Source: Desulfosudaceae bacterium (GTDB taxonomy: Bacteria; Desulfobacterota; Desulfobacteria; Desulfobacterales; Desulfosudaceae). From it: a DNA stretch of 64,000 bases. The stretch is from assembly GCA_963674745.2 (NCBI GenBank), contig CAXXDV010000001.1, forward strand, positions 352,001-416,000. The letters run 5' to 3'. The number at the start of each line of letters is the position of its first letter. The first letter of the stretch is position 1. This document shows, in pieces, positions 26,997 to 37,734 of the stretch. Made by a program: the position numbers and the translations under genes. The notes below the pieces were generated by a model, which was not told the DNA's origin, did no database searches, and worked only from the letters and a program-made list of their open reading frames with translations.

Positions 26997-28987
26997 CCGG
27001 AAAACCCGGACTGCTGCAACTGATACAACTGGAAGTAATACCCCTTCCCGGCCATCAGGTCTTCATGGGAACCGGATTCGATGATGCGGCCGCGGTAAAG
27101 GACCAGAATGTTGGTCGCGTAACGTACGGTGGACAGGCGGTGGGCGATGATCAGGGCGGTCCTGTCCCGGGTCAGGTTTTCCAGAGCCTGGCGGATCATC
27201 AGATCGGTTTCCAGATCGATATAGGATGTGGCCTCGTCAAAGATAATCAGATCGGGGTCATGGGCCAGCGCCCTGGCAATGGAGAGCAACTGCCGCTGTC
27301 CACTGGAAAAGGTGCTGCCCTTCTGGGTCACGGGCGCGTCGATGCCGCCGTCCAGGGCGTCTACCAGGGACCGGCAGCGGGCCATGTCAATGATCCGTGC
27401 CAGGTCTTTGTCATCAATGTCCGTTCGGCCGAAAGCGATATTGTCACGAATGGTACCGGAGAAAAGAAACGGATCCTGGGACACCAGCCCTGTTTGTGAT
27501 CTCAATACCCGCGAGGGCACCTGCCGGATATCCGTACCATTGATCAGGATATTCCCCCGGTCAACATCATAAAAGCGAAGAATCAGATTAGCGATGGATG
27601 TTTTTCCGGCGCCTGTGGGGCCGACAATGGCCAGGGTTTCGCCCCGGGACACGGAAAAAGAGATATCATTGAGCACCGGTTCTTCCGGCAGATAAGCAAA
27701 AGATACGTTTTTTACATCGATTCGGTTAATACGGAAATCCGCGGCCGGCGACACCGCCATCTCCGGCTGGGCCAATCGGGTATCCGTGTCCAGCACCATG
27801 AATATGCGTTCGGCCGAAGAGATGGCGTTCTGGGTAATATTGAATTTCTCGGCCATATCCCTCAGGGGGCGGAAAAACATTTTAATGTACGTAATAAATG
27901 CCACCAGTACACCGATAGTCATGGTTTCGGAAAGCACCCCCCGTCCGCCGAAATAGATGATGATGGCCAGCGATAAAGCCCAGAGCAGATCGATAACCGG
28001 CATGAACACGGCAAACACGTGGATCTGCTTGATACCGGCCTGATAATAATCCCTGTTGACGGCCTGAAACTTTCGGTAATTATCAGCAAGCCGCGAAAAA
28101 AGTTGAAGCACGCTGATGCCTTCGATGGTCTCAGACGTGTTGGCATTGATTTCCGCGATCTTTACCCGCATATACCGGTACGGTTCCCGGGCCGCAGTGG
28201 CAAAATAAGTGGCCGCCAGGGCCACCAGCGGAATCACCATCAAACAGGCCAGGGCCAGTTTCCAGGACAGCATCATCATGACCACAACGATGCCGATAAT
28301 CAGAAACAAATCGTTAAACACAAAAGCAATGACCGAGGTGAACATTTCGTGCATGTTCTGGATATCGTTGGTGGCCCGGGTAACCAGCCGTCCCACGGGA
28401 TTCTTATAAAAATATTCCAGGCTCTGGTTCTGGATATGGGAGAACACTCTCATCCGTAGAAGATGCATGGTTTTCTGGCCGGCATATTCCATGATGAGCA
28501 CCTGGGCGGTATTCAATAAAAACATGGCCAGGGCCACCGCCACGATCAGACCGGCCGCCAGGGCCGTGCGGGTTATATCCTTAGCCCTCAATACCGCGAT
28601 ATCTTCGCCTTTCATTTCATCGAGGCGATCCAGGAGAATCATGGCCGAATTCCCGTCAATGCGGGTAAACAGCGGCCGATAGGTCTTGGTGATGTTTCTT
28701 TTTTGCCCGGTGTCCAGGTCGATACGCAGATACCGGTGCTGGGTCTCGCCCTTCCCGCCCGAAACGCCATCGGCCGATACCGGCGGGGGGACGATATAGC
28801 GGTCAATGGCGGTTTTGATAATCAGGGGGGCCGCCAGGTTCAGCAGGGTAACCAGGATGATAATCCCTATCGCGCCCAGAATCACAAACAGCTGAGGCCG
28901 GATAAAAGGATAGAGCCGCGCCAGAAGCCGGATGTCCCGTTTTTTGCCCGGCTGTTTTTCTCCAAAGGCGTCTGTAAACTTACTCAT
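26984..28987 (-). CDS. ABC exporter, fused permease/ATPase (heterodimer subunit B)
   Basis: TM domain, GPTGAGKT, FSSGQRQ, DEAT, IAHR. Confidence 0.9.
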   Translation of the reverse strand: MSKFTDAFGEKQPGKKRDIRLLARLYPFIRPQLFVILGAIGIIILVTLLNLAAPLIIKTAIDRYIVPPPVSADGVSGGKGETQHRYLRIDLDTGQKRNITKTYRPLFTRIDGNSAMILLDRLDEMKGEDIAVLRAKDITRTALAAGLIVAVALAMFLLNTAQVLIMEYAGQKTMHLLRMRVFSHIQNQSLEYFYKNPVGRLVTRATNDIQNMHEMFTSVIAFVFNDLFLIIGIVVVMMMLSWKLALACLMVIPLVALAATYFATAAREPYRYMRVKIAEINANTSETIEGISVLQLFSRLADNYRKFQAVNRDYYQAGIKQIHVFAVFMPVIDLLWALSLAIIIYFGGRGVLSETMTIGVLVAFITYIKMFFRPLRDMAEKFNITQNAISSAERIFMVLDTDTRLAQPEMAVSPAADFRINRIDVKNVSFAYLPEEPVLNDISFSVSRGETLAIVGPTGAGKTSIANLILRFYDVDRGNILINGTDIRQVPSRVLRSQTGLVSQDPFLFSGTIRDNIAFGRTDIDDKDLARIIDMARCRSLVDALDGGIDAPVTQKGSTFSSGQRQLLSIARALAHDPDLIIFDEATSYIDLETDLMIRQALENLTRDRTALIIAHRLSTVRYATNILVLYRGRIIESGSHEDLMAGKGYYFQLYQLQQSGFSGYSV

Positions 28988-30722
28988 CCCGCCCCTCTTC
29001 CAACTGTTGAATCTTCCAGGCACCGGCATAGTAACCGTTTATCCGCAACAGTTCCTCGTGGGTGCCGCGTTCGATGATGCAGCCCTCTTTTAAGACGATA
29101 ATATCATCCGCGAACCTGGCCATGGACGGCCGGTGAGAAATCAACAGGACCGTCTTACCCCGGGTAACCAGGCCCAGGGCATCCATGATGCCGTCCGCCG
29201 TTTCCGGATCCACCTGGCTGACCGGGTCATCAAGTATCAGTACCGGCGACCGATGATAAAAAGCCCGGGCCAGTGCGACCCGCTGTTTCTGACCGCCGGA
29301 CAGGATAACCCCTTTTTCGCCGGTCAGGGTGTTAAACCCCTCGGGAAAGGTGCTGATGGTTTTGTAAAGCCCGGCATTTCGGCAGGCTTCCACCAGCCGG
29401 GGATCATCATCCGGCACCGACGGATCGAAGGTGATGTTTTCCCGGATGGTGGCGGAAAACAGAAACGGTTCCTGGGGCATGAGCGTTATCAAGCGGCACA
29501 GGTCATCGATTTTTATCTGTTGAATATCCCGGCCGTCGATTTTGATGCTGCCCGCCTGGGGATCATACCGTCTGGCCAGCAGACCCGCCAGGGTGGACTT
29601 GCCGCTGCCCGGGGGCCCCAGCACAAACAGGGTCTTTCCCGCCGGCAGGGTCAGGCTGACATCCTTCAGGCTGGGCGTACCGCCGGCAGTATAGGAGAAA
29701 GTGACCCTGTCGCAGGTGATATCCCGTTGCACACCGGAAACGGTCACGGCATCCGGGGCGTCGACAATGGCGGGCACAGCCGTCAGCACCTGATTGATCC
29801 TGTCCAGGGAGGCCCGGCCGCGCTGAATCATGTTGGTCACCCAGCCCATGGCCATCATGGGCCAGGTCAGCATGGCCAGGTAGCTGATAAAAGCCACAAA
29901 ATCACCGGCGGTGATTACGGACGTAATCGTCTGGCGGCCGCCGACATAAAGCACGATGGCGGTACTGACATTGGCGAAAAAAACCATCATGGGAAAAAAA
30001 GTACCGGTTACCCGGGTCAGCCGGATATTCTGCCGGATATACCGGCTGGAGGTTTCTTCAAACATTGCCAGTTCCGTTTCCTGGCGGGCAAAGGCCTTGA
30101 TGACCCGGATTCCGGAAAACCGTTCCCGGACGACTTCCGTCATGTCGGAAAAAGAGGCCTGGACCCCCTGATACAGACGGTGCATGCGCCGGCCGAAAAT
30201 GCGTGTAAAAATAACGATCAGGGGCATGGGAATGAGGCTGTAAAGGGTCAGCTCAACGTTGATGTAGGCCATAAAACCGATGGCCGCGATGCCCAGAAAG
30301 ACGGCGTCGGTCAGGGCCACCAGTCCGAAACCGCTGGCCATGCGGATATGATTGATGTCATTGGTGACGCGCGCCATCAGGTCTCCGGTGGAAATCTTAT
30401 CAAAATAGGCGGCATCCAGTGTCTGAATATGGGCAAAAAGCCGGTCTCTCAAATCCCGTTCGATTTTCCGGGAGGCGCCGATCAGGCAGCGACGCCAGAT
30501 ATAACGGAAAACAACAATGACCGAGGCCAAAAGCAGGATCAGCAACGCATAATGCAGCAGTCTGCGGGCGTCAATGGCCAGGTAGGTCAGGTCATCAATG
30601 GCGTGTTTGGTGACGCGCGGAATCAGCAGCTGCAGAATATCCACCAGCACCAGGCTGAAGACACCGGTGGCGATAATTCCGGCATTTTCCTTTAACAGGT
30701 ATCTGGCACTGGCTTTTGACAA
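28980..30722 (-). CDS. ABC exporter, fused permease/ATPase (heterodimer subunit A)
   Basis: GPPGSGKS, LSGGQKQR, degenerate Walker B LDDP, ISHR. Confidence 0.9.
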   Translation of the reverse strand: MSKASARYLLKENAGIIATGVFSLVLVDILQLLIPRVTKHAIDDLTYLAIDARRLLHYALLILLLASVIVVFRYIWRRCLIGASRKIERDLRDRLFAHIQTLDAAYFDKISTGDLMARVTNDINHIRMASGFGLVALTDAVFLGIAAIGFMAYINVELTLYSLIPMPLIVIFTRIFGRRMHRLYQGVQASFSDMTEVVRERFSGIRVIKAFARQETELAMFEETSSRYIRQNIRLTRVTGTFFPMMVFFANVSTAIVLYVGGRQTITSVITAGDFVAFISYLAMLTWPMMAMGWVTNMIQRGRASLDRINQVLTAVPAIVDAPDAVTVSGVQRDITCDRVTFSYTAGGTPSLKDVSLTLPAGKTLFVLGPPGSGKSTLAGLLARRYDPQAGSIKIDGRDIQQIKIDDLCRLITLMPQEPFLFSATIRENITFDPSVPDDDPRLVEACRNAGLYKTISTFPEGFNTLTGEKGVILSGGQKQRVALARAFYHRSPVLILDDPVSQVDPETADGIMDALGLVTRGKTVLLISHRPSMARFADDIIVLKEGCIIERGTHEELLRINGYYAGAWKIQQLEEGRDE

Positions 30723-30735
30723 TTTGAGATCCGGT

Positions 30736-32076
30736 TTAAAGCTGTTTCAAAAGCTGATTGGCGGCGGTCAGCAAGGGGTCCCAGACCGGGCCAAACGGCG
30801 GCGCGTAAGCCAGATCGCACTGGGCGAACCGTTCCACAGTCATGCCCGCGCAAAGCGCCGCGGCCGCGGCATTAATGCGGTGAGCCACGCCTTCTTTACC
30901 AACTATTTGGGCGCCCAGCAGACGACCGGAGGCTTTATCACCCACCAGTTGCACCTTGATGGGCGTCGACCCCGCGTGGGCGTGGGCCCTTGAACGGGAG
31001 GTAATGACCACTTTGGCCGGGTCAAATCCCGCCTGGCCGGCTTCTTTGACGTTCAAACCGGTTCGGGCAACCTGGAGATCAAAAGCCCTGAAGACGGCAG
31101 TGCCGGTGATGCCGGGAAGGTCGACCGGTCTGCCGCAGACATGATCGGCCACCGCCCATCCGGCCCGGTTGGCCCGCAACGCCAGCGGCACCCAGACTTT
31201 TTGTCCGGTGACCATGTGAACGGCGTCGGCGCAATCGCCGGCGGCATAGATGTTTTCGTCAGATGTCCGCATCTGGTGGTCCACCGCGATGGCGTTGTGA
31301 GGCCCGAGCACGAGGCCCGCTTCAGCCGCCATCCGGCTGTTGGGGGTGACACCGATGGCTGACAGGATCATATCGCCCGCCACCGTCACCTTGTCACAGA
31401 CAGCGGCCAGGCGATCGTCCTCGGACACGATACGGTCTAAAACCGTCCCGCAATGCAGGGTCACGTCATGGGTTTCCACTTCCTGTTGAACGACTTGGGC
31501 CAGTTCGGGTTCCATCCAGGGGAGAAACACCGGTCGGGGTTTGATCATGGTCACGCCGATGTCCCTTGAGCGCAAGGCTTCGGCCATTTCCAGGCCGATA
31601 TACCCCATGCCGACAATAACGGCCTGGCGCACATCCCGTGTCTCCAGCCATTGCTTGATGGCCCTGCCGTCGGCCAGGCTTTTCAAGGCCAGCACACCCG
31701 GCGCGTCCGCGCCCGGAACATCCGGCATGATCGGGGCGGCACCGACGGCGATCAACAGTTTGTCATAATCCATGGTAAACGACTGACCGCTGTCGTTGAC
31801 GCCCGAAACCCGGCGCGATGCCGGATCAATAGCCGTAACGTCGTGGCCGGTCAGCAGGTTAATCTTCTGTTTTTCTCTGAATACCTGGGCCTGGCGAACC
31901 ACCAGCACATCCATGGGTTTTTCCGTGTCAGCGATATTATACGGCATACCGCAGGCACTGTAAGACACGTCATTTGTTTTCTCCAGAACGGTAATATCCA
32001 TATCAGGATCACTCCGCCTGGCCCTGCTGGCCGCGCTCATGCCGGCCGCGTCTCCACCGATAATAACAAATCGCAT
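30736..32076 (-). CDS. CoA-disulfide reductase / NADH oxidase family flavoprotein
   Basis: GGDAAGMSAA, SYSACGMPY redox Cys, GMGYIGLE, AAGDC, DLAYAPPF. Confidence 0.9.
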   Translation of the reverse strand: MRFVIIGGDAAGMSAASRARRSDPDMDITVLEKTNDVSYSACGMPYNIADTEKPMDVLVVRQAQVFREKQKINLLTGHDVTAIDPASRRVSGVNDSGQSFTMDYDKLLIAVGAAPIMPDVPGADAPGVLALKSLADGRAIKQWLETRDVRQAVIVGMGYIGLEMAEALRSRDIGVTMIKPRPVFLPWMEPELAQVVQQEVETHDVTLHCGTVLDRIVSEDDRLAAVCDKVTVAGDMILSAIGVTPNSRMAAEAGLVLGPHNAIAVDHQMRTSDENIYAAGDCADAVHMVTGQKVWVPLALRANRAGWAVADHVCGRPVDLPGITGTAVFRAFDLQVARTGLNVKEAGQAGFDPAKVVITSRSRAHAHAGSTPIKVQLVGDKASGRLLGAQIVGKEGVAHRINAAAAALCAGMTVERFAQCDLAYAPPFGPVWDPLLTAANQLLKQL

Positions 32077-32228
32077 CAGCAAACTCCTGCGGGCGAAAGG
32101 CCCCCTGTTTTCGTTTTTATTACAGACCATCATACAGACTCGGATTTTAAACCGCAAGCCATGTTCCAACACATCGCGGCAACTCAAAATCCCAAGGCTG
32201 AAGCCCGTTTTCATTAAAGATTGTCTCA

Positions 32229-32257
32229 TTGACTTTCCAAATATCCGTTGTTAGGGT
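32229..32257 (+). promoter_or_regulatory. Putative sigma70 promoter with extended -10
   Basis: TTGACT-N17-TAGGGT with TG at -15/-14. Confidence 0.5.
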
Positions 32258-32265
32258 GCCCTATT

Positions 32266-34266
32266 ATGGAAAAAGGAACCATCGTTGAATACATCGACCG
32301 GCAGCGTATGATCTGCTCGGTTGTTCTGGAATCTGCCCCGGTCGGGGACAAACGGCTCCACCTGTATACCGAAAACAACCGGGCGGTCAATCTGCCCGGG
32401 CGGCGCATTACCTATGCCGGCGGCCGGCTGGATATGGGCTTGACCCGACAGCAGATGGCCGATCAGTTGAAGGAGACGGCTGCCAGGCGAAACGCCCTGA
32501 TGGAACAGATTGATGTTTCCGCCCTGTGGGACCTGGTCAATCCGGAAGCCGAATGGGTGTCTCTGGCCACCCTGAAGGAGTTGTGCTTTTCCGGTCAAGC
32601 CTCGGCTGATCATGAATCGGCCGTGGTCAGGGCCATGTTTGAGGACAGCCTTTATTTCAAGTTCGATCATAACCGGTTTTTGCCGCATTCCCCGGAACAG
32701 ATCAAAGCCATTACCATCCGCAAAGAAAGAGAAGAAAAAATCAAACGCATCATTAATGAAGGCTCCCAATGGTTGAAAAAAGTGATGTCCGGCGGATCGG
32801 TGGAACTGTCCGACGATGAGCGGGAATACGTCAAAATCTTGAAAAACTATTATATATTCGAACAGGAGGCCGAGGAAAAAGCGCTGGCCAAAGAAATGCT
32901 GGCCAGGGCAGGCGGCATCTCCCGGGACGCCATTTTTTCTTTGATGGTGCGTCTGGGCGTATGGGATTCCAATGAAAATAACGACTTATACAGATATGGC
33001 GTCTCCACCGCATGGCCTCCTGAAATCACTTCCCGGGCCGAGCATATCAGCACCGCCCGGGCCGGTTTTATCGCCGGAAAGGACCGGCTGGACCTCTCGG
33101 ACCTGTATGTTTTTACCATTGACGGCAGTACGACAGCTGATTTTGATGATGCCTTGAGTATCGAGATAGAAGATGACGGCGTCTGCCGGGTGGGTGTTCA
33201 CATCAGCGACGTCGCTCAATATATTAAAAAAGAAGATGCCATTGACCGGGAAGCGCTGAATCGTGGCAGTTCCATCTATACGGCGGACCAGAAAATCCCG
33301 ATGTTACCGCCGGTTTTGTCCGAAGACACCTGCAGCCTTATGGCGGGTGCGAAACGGCCGGCCATTTCAGTACTAATGCGTTTTTCCCTTTTCGCGGAAC
33401 TGCTGGACTATGACATTGTCCCTTCGGTCATACGGGTGGATCACCATTTATCATACAGTGAAGCCGACCGGAATCTGGAGCAGGACACAAGGCTGAAGAA
33501 GCTCAATGAACTGACAACCCGATTATGCCAGCGACGGATTCAGGCCGGTGCCATGCAGATCATAATTCCCGACCTGCTCATTCAGTTTATTGATAAAGGT
33601 CGGGTCAAGGTCAGTTGCGTGGAAGCCATCAGCCCGTCACGGATGCTGGTGGCGGAAATGATGATCACCGCCAACTGGCTTTTTGCCAGATTCCTGTCCG
33701 ACCACCACGTGCCGGGCGCATTCCGTGCCCAGGCAGAACCGAAACAGCGACTGGTAAAAAAGGCGGACGCCCCCGGAACGCTTGTCCAGAACTGGCTGCA
33801 ACGCAAGATGATCGCCCGGGTCGCCCTGGGCATTGAACCGGGCCCCCACGCCGGTCTGGGGCTGGAAGCCTACACCACAGCGACATCCCCCATACGCAAG
33901 TACCTTGACCTGATGACGCAACGCCAGGTGAGATCTGTCCTGGGGCTTGAGACCGCCTATACCCCTGAAGAAGTCCAGGGCATCCTCCAGGCCCTGGAAC
34001 CGCGGCTGAGCGGTGTGGCCAGAATACAGCAGGCGCGTCAGCGTTACTGGACTTTGAAATATCTGGAGACAAAAATCGGCGCCAAAGAAGAAGCCGTTGT
34101 GCTGGACCGATTCATGAACGATTATTCCGTGCTGCTCCCTGACTATCTGCTGGAGTGCCGCCTGCCGAAAACATCCGGCACCGATATCAAGTCCAAAGAC
34201 CTGATCCAGGTCACCATCCAGCATGTTAATGCCAGGAACAATACCATATCCATCTTCTTCGGCTAG
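32266..34266 (+). CDS. RNB-domain exoribonuclease (RNase II family)
   Basis: TIDGSTTADFDDALS, HISDV, TSPIRKYLDL. Confidence 0.9.
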   Translation: MEKGTIVEYIDRQRMICSVVLESAPVGDKRLHLYTENNRAVNLPGRRITYAGGRLDMGLTRQQMADQLKETAARRNALMEQIDVSALWDLVNPEAEWVSLATLKELCFSGQASADHESAVVRAMFEDSLYFKFDHNRFLPHSPEQIKAITIRKEREEKIKRIINEGSQWLKKVMSGGSVELSDDEREYVKILKNYYIFEQEAEEKALAKEMLARAGGISRDAIFSLMVRLGVWDSNENNDLYRYGVSTAWPPEITSRAEHISTARAGFIAGKDRLDLSDLYVFTIDGSTTADFDDALSIEIEDDGVCRVGVHISDVAQYIKKEDAIDREALNRGSSIYTADQKIPMLPPVLSEDTCSLMAGAKRPAISVLMRFSLFAELLDYDIVPSVIRVDHHLSYSEADRNLEQDTRLKKLNELTTRLCQRRIQAGAMQIIIPDLLIQFIDKGRVKVSCVEAISPSRMLVAEMMITANWLFARFLSDHHVPGAFRAQAEPKQRLVKKADAPGTLVQNWLQRKMIARVALGIEPGPHAGLGLEAYTTATSPIRKYLDLMTQRQVRSVLGLETAYTPEEVQGILQALEPRLSGVARIQQARQRYWTLKYLETKIGAKEEAVVLDRFMNDYSVLLPDYLLECRLPKTSGTDIKSKDLIQVTIQHVNARNNTISIFFG

Positions 34267-34410
34267 TTCCCGGCCACAAATGGTCTTTTTCCGCAATCTC
34301 TACGCCAAACTGCGTTGCTTTTTGTGCGGCGTACTTACATTTCGCATCCGCAAAGCGCCTTGTTTTCCTTCCCCTTGCTAAAAAATCCTCATTTTTGAAC
34401 TGGAAACTGA
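34263..34410. mobile_element. Degenerate MITE-like element (about 150 bp)
   Basis: Imperfect terminal IRs TAGTTCCCGGCCACAAATG / CATTTTTGAACTGGAAACTG; non-coding; begins at the RNB stop codon. Confidence 0.5.
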
Positions 34411-34521
34411 CTTAAACAAAGCCGGATAACATGGATAGATCAATACCTGTTAAATTAAATACGACCTTCTAAATTACCTGGGCGCCTTGAGATCATTCTT
34501 GATTTGGAATCGCTACCGGAA

Positions 34522-36189
34522 TTATTGGGCGTGATTGGTAAATTCTGAATCGTCTTCCGGAACGATAAAGGGATTGAACCTGAATTCCGCGGTGGGCGGC
34601 AGTGTCCGGCGGAATTGCTTTATGGCCTTGACGACGTCTTCTAGATAGCGGGTATCGGTGACATAAAAATCGATATAATTAATGATGCTGCTGGCGAACG
34701 GTTCCATAAGGCGCGGATTCTTTCCCGGATAATAAGCGCCGATTTTCAACCACTCACCGGGAAGGCGGTTAAACCAGGAATTGGTCACCATCACCAAGTG
34801 GACTTCTTTGTGTCGGGCCAGTTCCGCCACACATTCCAGGCTGTTTTTTTCAAGGCCGCATTGCAGGGCGTCTTTTGATCCGGCACCCCATAAATCCAGT
34901 ACATAGCTTGCGTTTTGATAAGAGACCAGCCCGAAATCATTGACTGCCACAGGCTGCGGGTAATACTCCGTCACCAGGCGATGCATCTGGTAATGATGAC
35001 GATATATCCAGTTGGATATATAAGGAATCAGGCCTGTGGTAACCAGAGAGGACACCAGCAGGAGCAAAAGCGGTATGCCCAAAAAAGCGACCGGCCAGCG
35101 TTTTCGGCTCACGCGCCGATGTAAGAATGCCAACATATCAGACAGATAAAAATAAAGGGTGCCGACCGTTAGAGCAGCAAGGATATAGGCCTCGTAACGG
35201 AAGATGGGAAGCGGACTGACGTGCCCGAACACCATATATAGCAGTCCCCCGGAAACCAGCACCAGGGCCGGTCCATGAAAAGACCGGTAGCGCCTGACAA
35301 CAGCCGCCGGCAGAAGACTGAAAATAAGCAGGACCAGGGGCAGACAGAATGGATTGGTAAAATTTTCCACCAGGTTGACACCGATATTACTGGCGGGATT
35401 GATCGAGCCATTCTGGTGGACTGTTTTCGCCGCAATAGAGGTCGGCAGAAAGCCGATATCATGCGCATAAAGATAAAGGGAAAACACGCCCAGGGTCATG
35501 ACAACGCCCAGGCCGGCAAATAAAGCTTTGACCCGGTGTCCCCGGACAAACAGGTAAATTACAGCGGGGCAGACAATAGCCAAACACTCATAACGGATCA
35601 GGGGGGCAAACAGCAGGCCGATCATCAGCAACGGATGGATCCGCCCGGTTCGGGTTTCGTGTATCAGCCCGAAAAGGACCAGCAGCGTCAGCAGCATCTG
35701 TAACGGTGTTTCCATGCCGATGAACACCATGAGAATCAGACTGTTGATAAAAACAAGCAAAGCCAGGAGGGTATTGACAAACACCTTTCCCCGCCGGGTT
35801 TTAAGTGCCTTGGGAAGCCGAAAATAGGCAGCAAAAAGGATATTATGCTGGATACCGATGATGGCGATGACGATACCCAGGTTCAGACCCAGGACCGCCC
35901 ATTCAAAAAACGGCAGTGCCGTCAAAGGCGCCAGGATGAACGGCCATAATATACTCGAGCACGGTGCCGAAATTTCCCCGGGATTAAAACCATAAATACC
36001 CGACCATATATTCCTGGCCTGCTCAAAAAGGAGATAGGCGTCATCAAACAGAAAAACAAAAACCCCGTCGTTGAGGCGGAGAATAAGTACAAGTTCTAGG
36101 GCAAAAAAAACCACTACCGTCAATAACGGCCAGCGGAATGACAGGCCATCCATCCGGGGTTGGACTTCCCTTGAGTCGTCTTTTTGCAT
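34522..36189 (-). CDS. Polytopic membrane protein, putative GT-C glycosyltransferase
   Basis: DDAY after TM1, GFNPGE, GMETPL, RYE, many hydrophobic segments. Confidence 0.7.
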   Translation of the reverse strand: MQKDDSREVQPRMDGLSFRWPLLTVVVFFALELVLILRLNDGVFVFLFDDAYLLFEQARNIWSGIYGFNPGEISAPCSSILWPFILAPLTALPFFEWAVLGLNLGIVIAIIGIQHNILFAAYFRLPKALKTRRGKVFVNTLLALLVFINSLILMVFIGMETPLQMLLTLLVLFGLIHETRTGRIHPLLMIGLLFAPLIRYECLAIVCPAVIYLFVRGHRVKALFAGLGVVMTLGVFSLYLYAHDIGFLPTSIAAKTVHQNGSINPASNIGVNLVENFTNPFCLPLVLLIFSLLPAAVVRRYRSFHGPALVLVSGGLLYMVFGHVSPLPIFRYEAYILAALTVGTLYFYLSDMLAFLHRRVSRKRWPVAFLGIPLLLLLVSSLVTTGLIPYISNWIYRHHYQMHRLVTEYYPQPVAVNDFGLVSYQNASYVLDLWGAGSKDALQCGLEKNSLECVAELARHKEVHLVMVTNSWFNRLPGEWLKIGAYYPGKNPRLMEPFASSIINYIDFYVTDTRYLEDVVKAIKQFRRTLPPTAEFRFNPFIVPEDDSEFTNHAQ

Positions 36190-36194
36190 ATTAA

Positions 36195-37445
36195 CTAATG
36201 TTTGAAGCTGCGCTGACCGGTGAACACCATCGTCGCCCCGGCCTGGTTGCAGGCTTCTATGGACTGGTAATCATTCAGGGAGCCGCCGGGATGGATGATT
36301 GCGGTGACACCTTCCTGAAGTCCTACGTCAACCCCGTCACGAAAAGGGAAAAAGGCGTCACTGACCATGGCCGCGCCGATGAGCCCCCCTTTTTCCGCGG
36401 CCACTTTCCGGTTGATGGCGTCAACTTTTTCCCGGCTGTCCAGCTCCTTATACGGAACGTCATACATTTCAACCGCATAACGATCAGCCAGTTTACGATA
36501 GGCCTTGTCCCGGGCGATTTCAGCCACACCCACCCGGTCCTGCTCGCCGGTCCCGATGCCGACAGTGGCCTCGTCCTTGACATAGATAACCGAATTGGAC
36601 GTAATACCGGCTTCAACCAGCCAGCCGAACAGCATGTCCCGATACTCATCCTCAGTGGGTTCGCGCTTGATACTGTATTTTTTGTCCTGATATGTACACT
36701 CGGCCGGCAAAAGGTCTTCTTTTGACAGTACCTGGGACACAAAGGACCACTGGGCGATGATACCACCGTCAATCAGGCTTTTAAAATCAACACAGCGTTT
36801 GTTGACAAACGACTGAAGCTGCTCGATGTTTTTGATCCGGATGACCCGCAGATTTTTTCGACCGGACAGGATATCCATGGCGCCCTCTTCATATTCGGGG
36901 GCCACAACCACCTCGGCGTATTGAGCGGCCACGGATTCAGCCGTGACTTTGTCTACCGCCCGGTTGAGCGCGATACAACCGCCGAAAGCAGCAATCCTGT
37001 CGGCCATGTACGCCCGGGCATAAGCGGTTTCCAGGGAGGCCGCCCTGGCCACCCCGCAGGGATTGTTGTGCTTGACGATCACAGCAGTCGCCTTATCATG
37101 AAAATATCTCAATATATTCAAAGCGTTATCAGCGTCTGTCAGGTTTGTTTTGCCGGGATGTTTGCCGGACTGAAGCAGTTCCACGTCCGAAGCCAGGTAT
37201 TGACCGGGCTGGATGGTTTCGGTTTCGCCCAGCATCAGGTTGCCGTTGACAAGCCGGTACAGGGCCGCTTCCTGACCGGGATTTTCACCATACCGGAGCC
37301 CTTTTTCCACACCTTCAATGCGCCAGGTGACCTTTTCAAAAAAAAGGGTTTGCCGCTTACTGCCGTCAACAAAGCTGACCTCCATCTGCGGCGGAAAATG
37401 GTCGTCCATAATCGTTCGATAGGCTTGTTTCATATCTTTTCCCAT
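36195..37445 (-). CDS. purH: PurH-family AICAR transformylase-domain protein lacking the N-terminal MGS-like domain
   Basis: LRYGENPGQ, VKHNNPCG, AAFGG, SNS, SDAFFPF, GQRSFKH. Confidence 0.85.
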   Translation of the reverse strand: MGKDMKQAYRTIMDDHFPPQMEVSFVDGSKRQTLFFEKVTWRIEGVEKGLRYGENPGQEAALYRLVNGNLMLGETETIQPGQYLASDVELLQSGKHPGKTNLTDADNALNILRYFHDKATAVIVKHNNPCGVARAASLETAYARAYMADRIAAFGGCIALNRAVDKVTAESVAAQYAEVVVAPEYEEGAMDILSGRKNLRVIRIKNIEQLQSFVNKRCVDFKSLIDGGIIAQWSFVSQVLSKEDLLPAECTYQDKKYSIKREPTEDEYRDMLFGWLVEAGITSNSVIYVKDEATVGIGTGEQDRVGVAEIARDKAYRKLADRYAVEMYDVPYKELDSREKVDAINRKVAAEKGGLIGAAMVSDAFFPFRDGVDVGLQEGVTAIIHPGGSLNDYQSIEACNQAGATMVFTGQRSFKH

Positions 37446-37734
37446 GGTTTTCTCCCGTCAGTAGGTTTTCGTGTTCCAAGTGTGCCTTTGGCGCAGGGGG
37501 CATCATTCGGCAGCCCCATCCCGGCAGCGGCAACACATCGTCTGCCATGGTAAGTCATGGGGGCAGCTACAGTCAACTTCTCAACCCGAATTATTTACCG
37601 CCTCACCGGCCACCAAGTTTTTTATAAGACGGCCATATATTGCAAACAGAATATAGTCTATGTTATACAATTATTTATATCAATCTGTGCAAATTTTTAC
37701 TAACTATTTAATTATAATATAATATCAAAAAACC

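Noticed and set aside
29133..30695. 520-aa plus-strand ORF and similar long antisense ORFs (e.g. 59615-60625, 13336-14184, 43769-44632)
   Set aside because: Shadow frames opposite well-supported genes; no recognisable motifs
37446..37580. ZMP/ZTP riboswitch upstream of purH
   Set aside because: Leader is GC-rich, but I could not find the conserved GACUGGCG and GCCUGGGC elements on the minus strand
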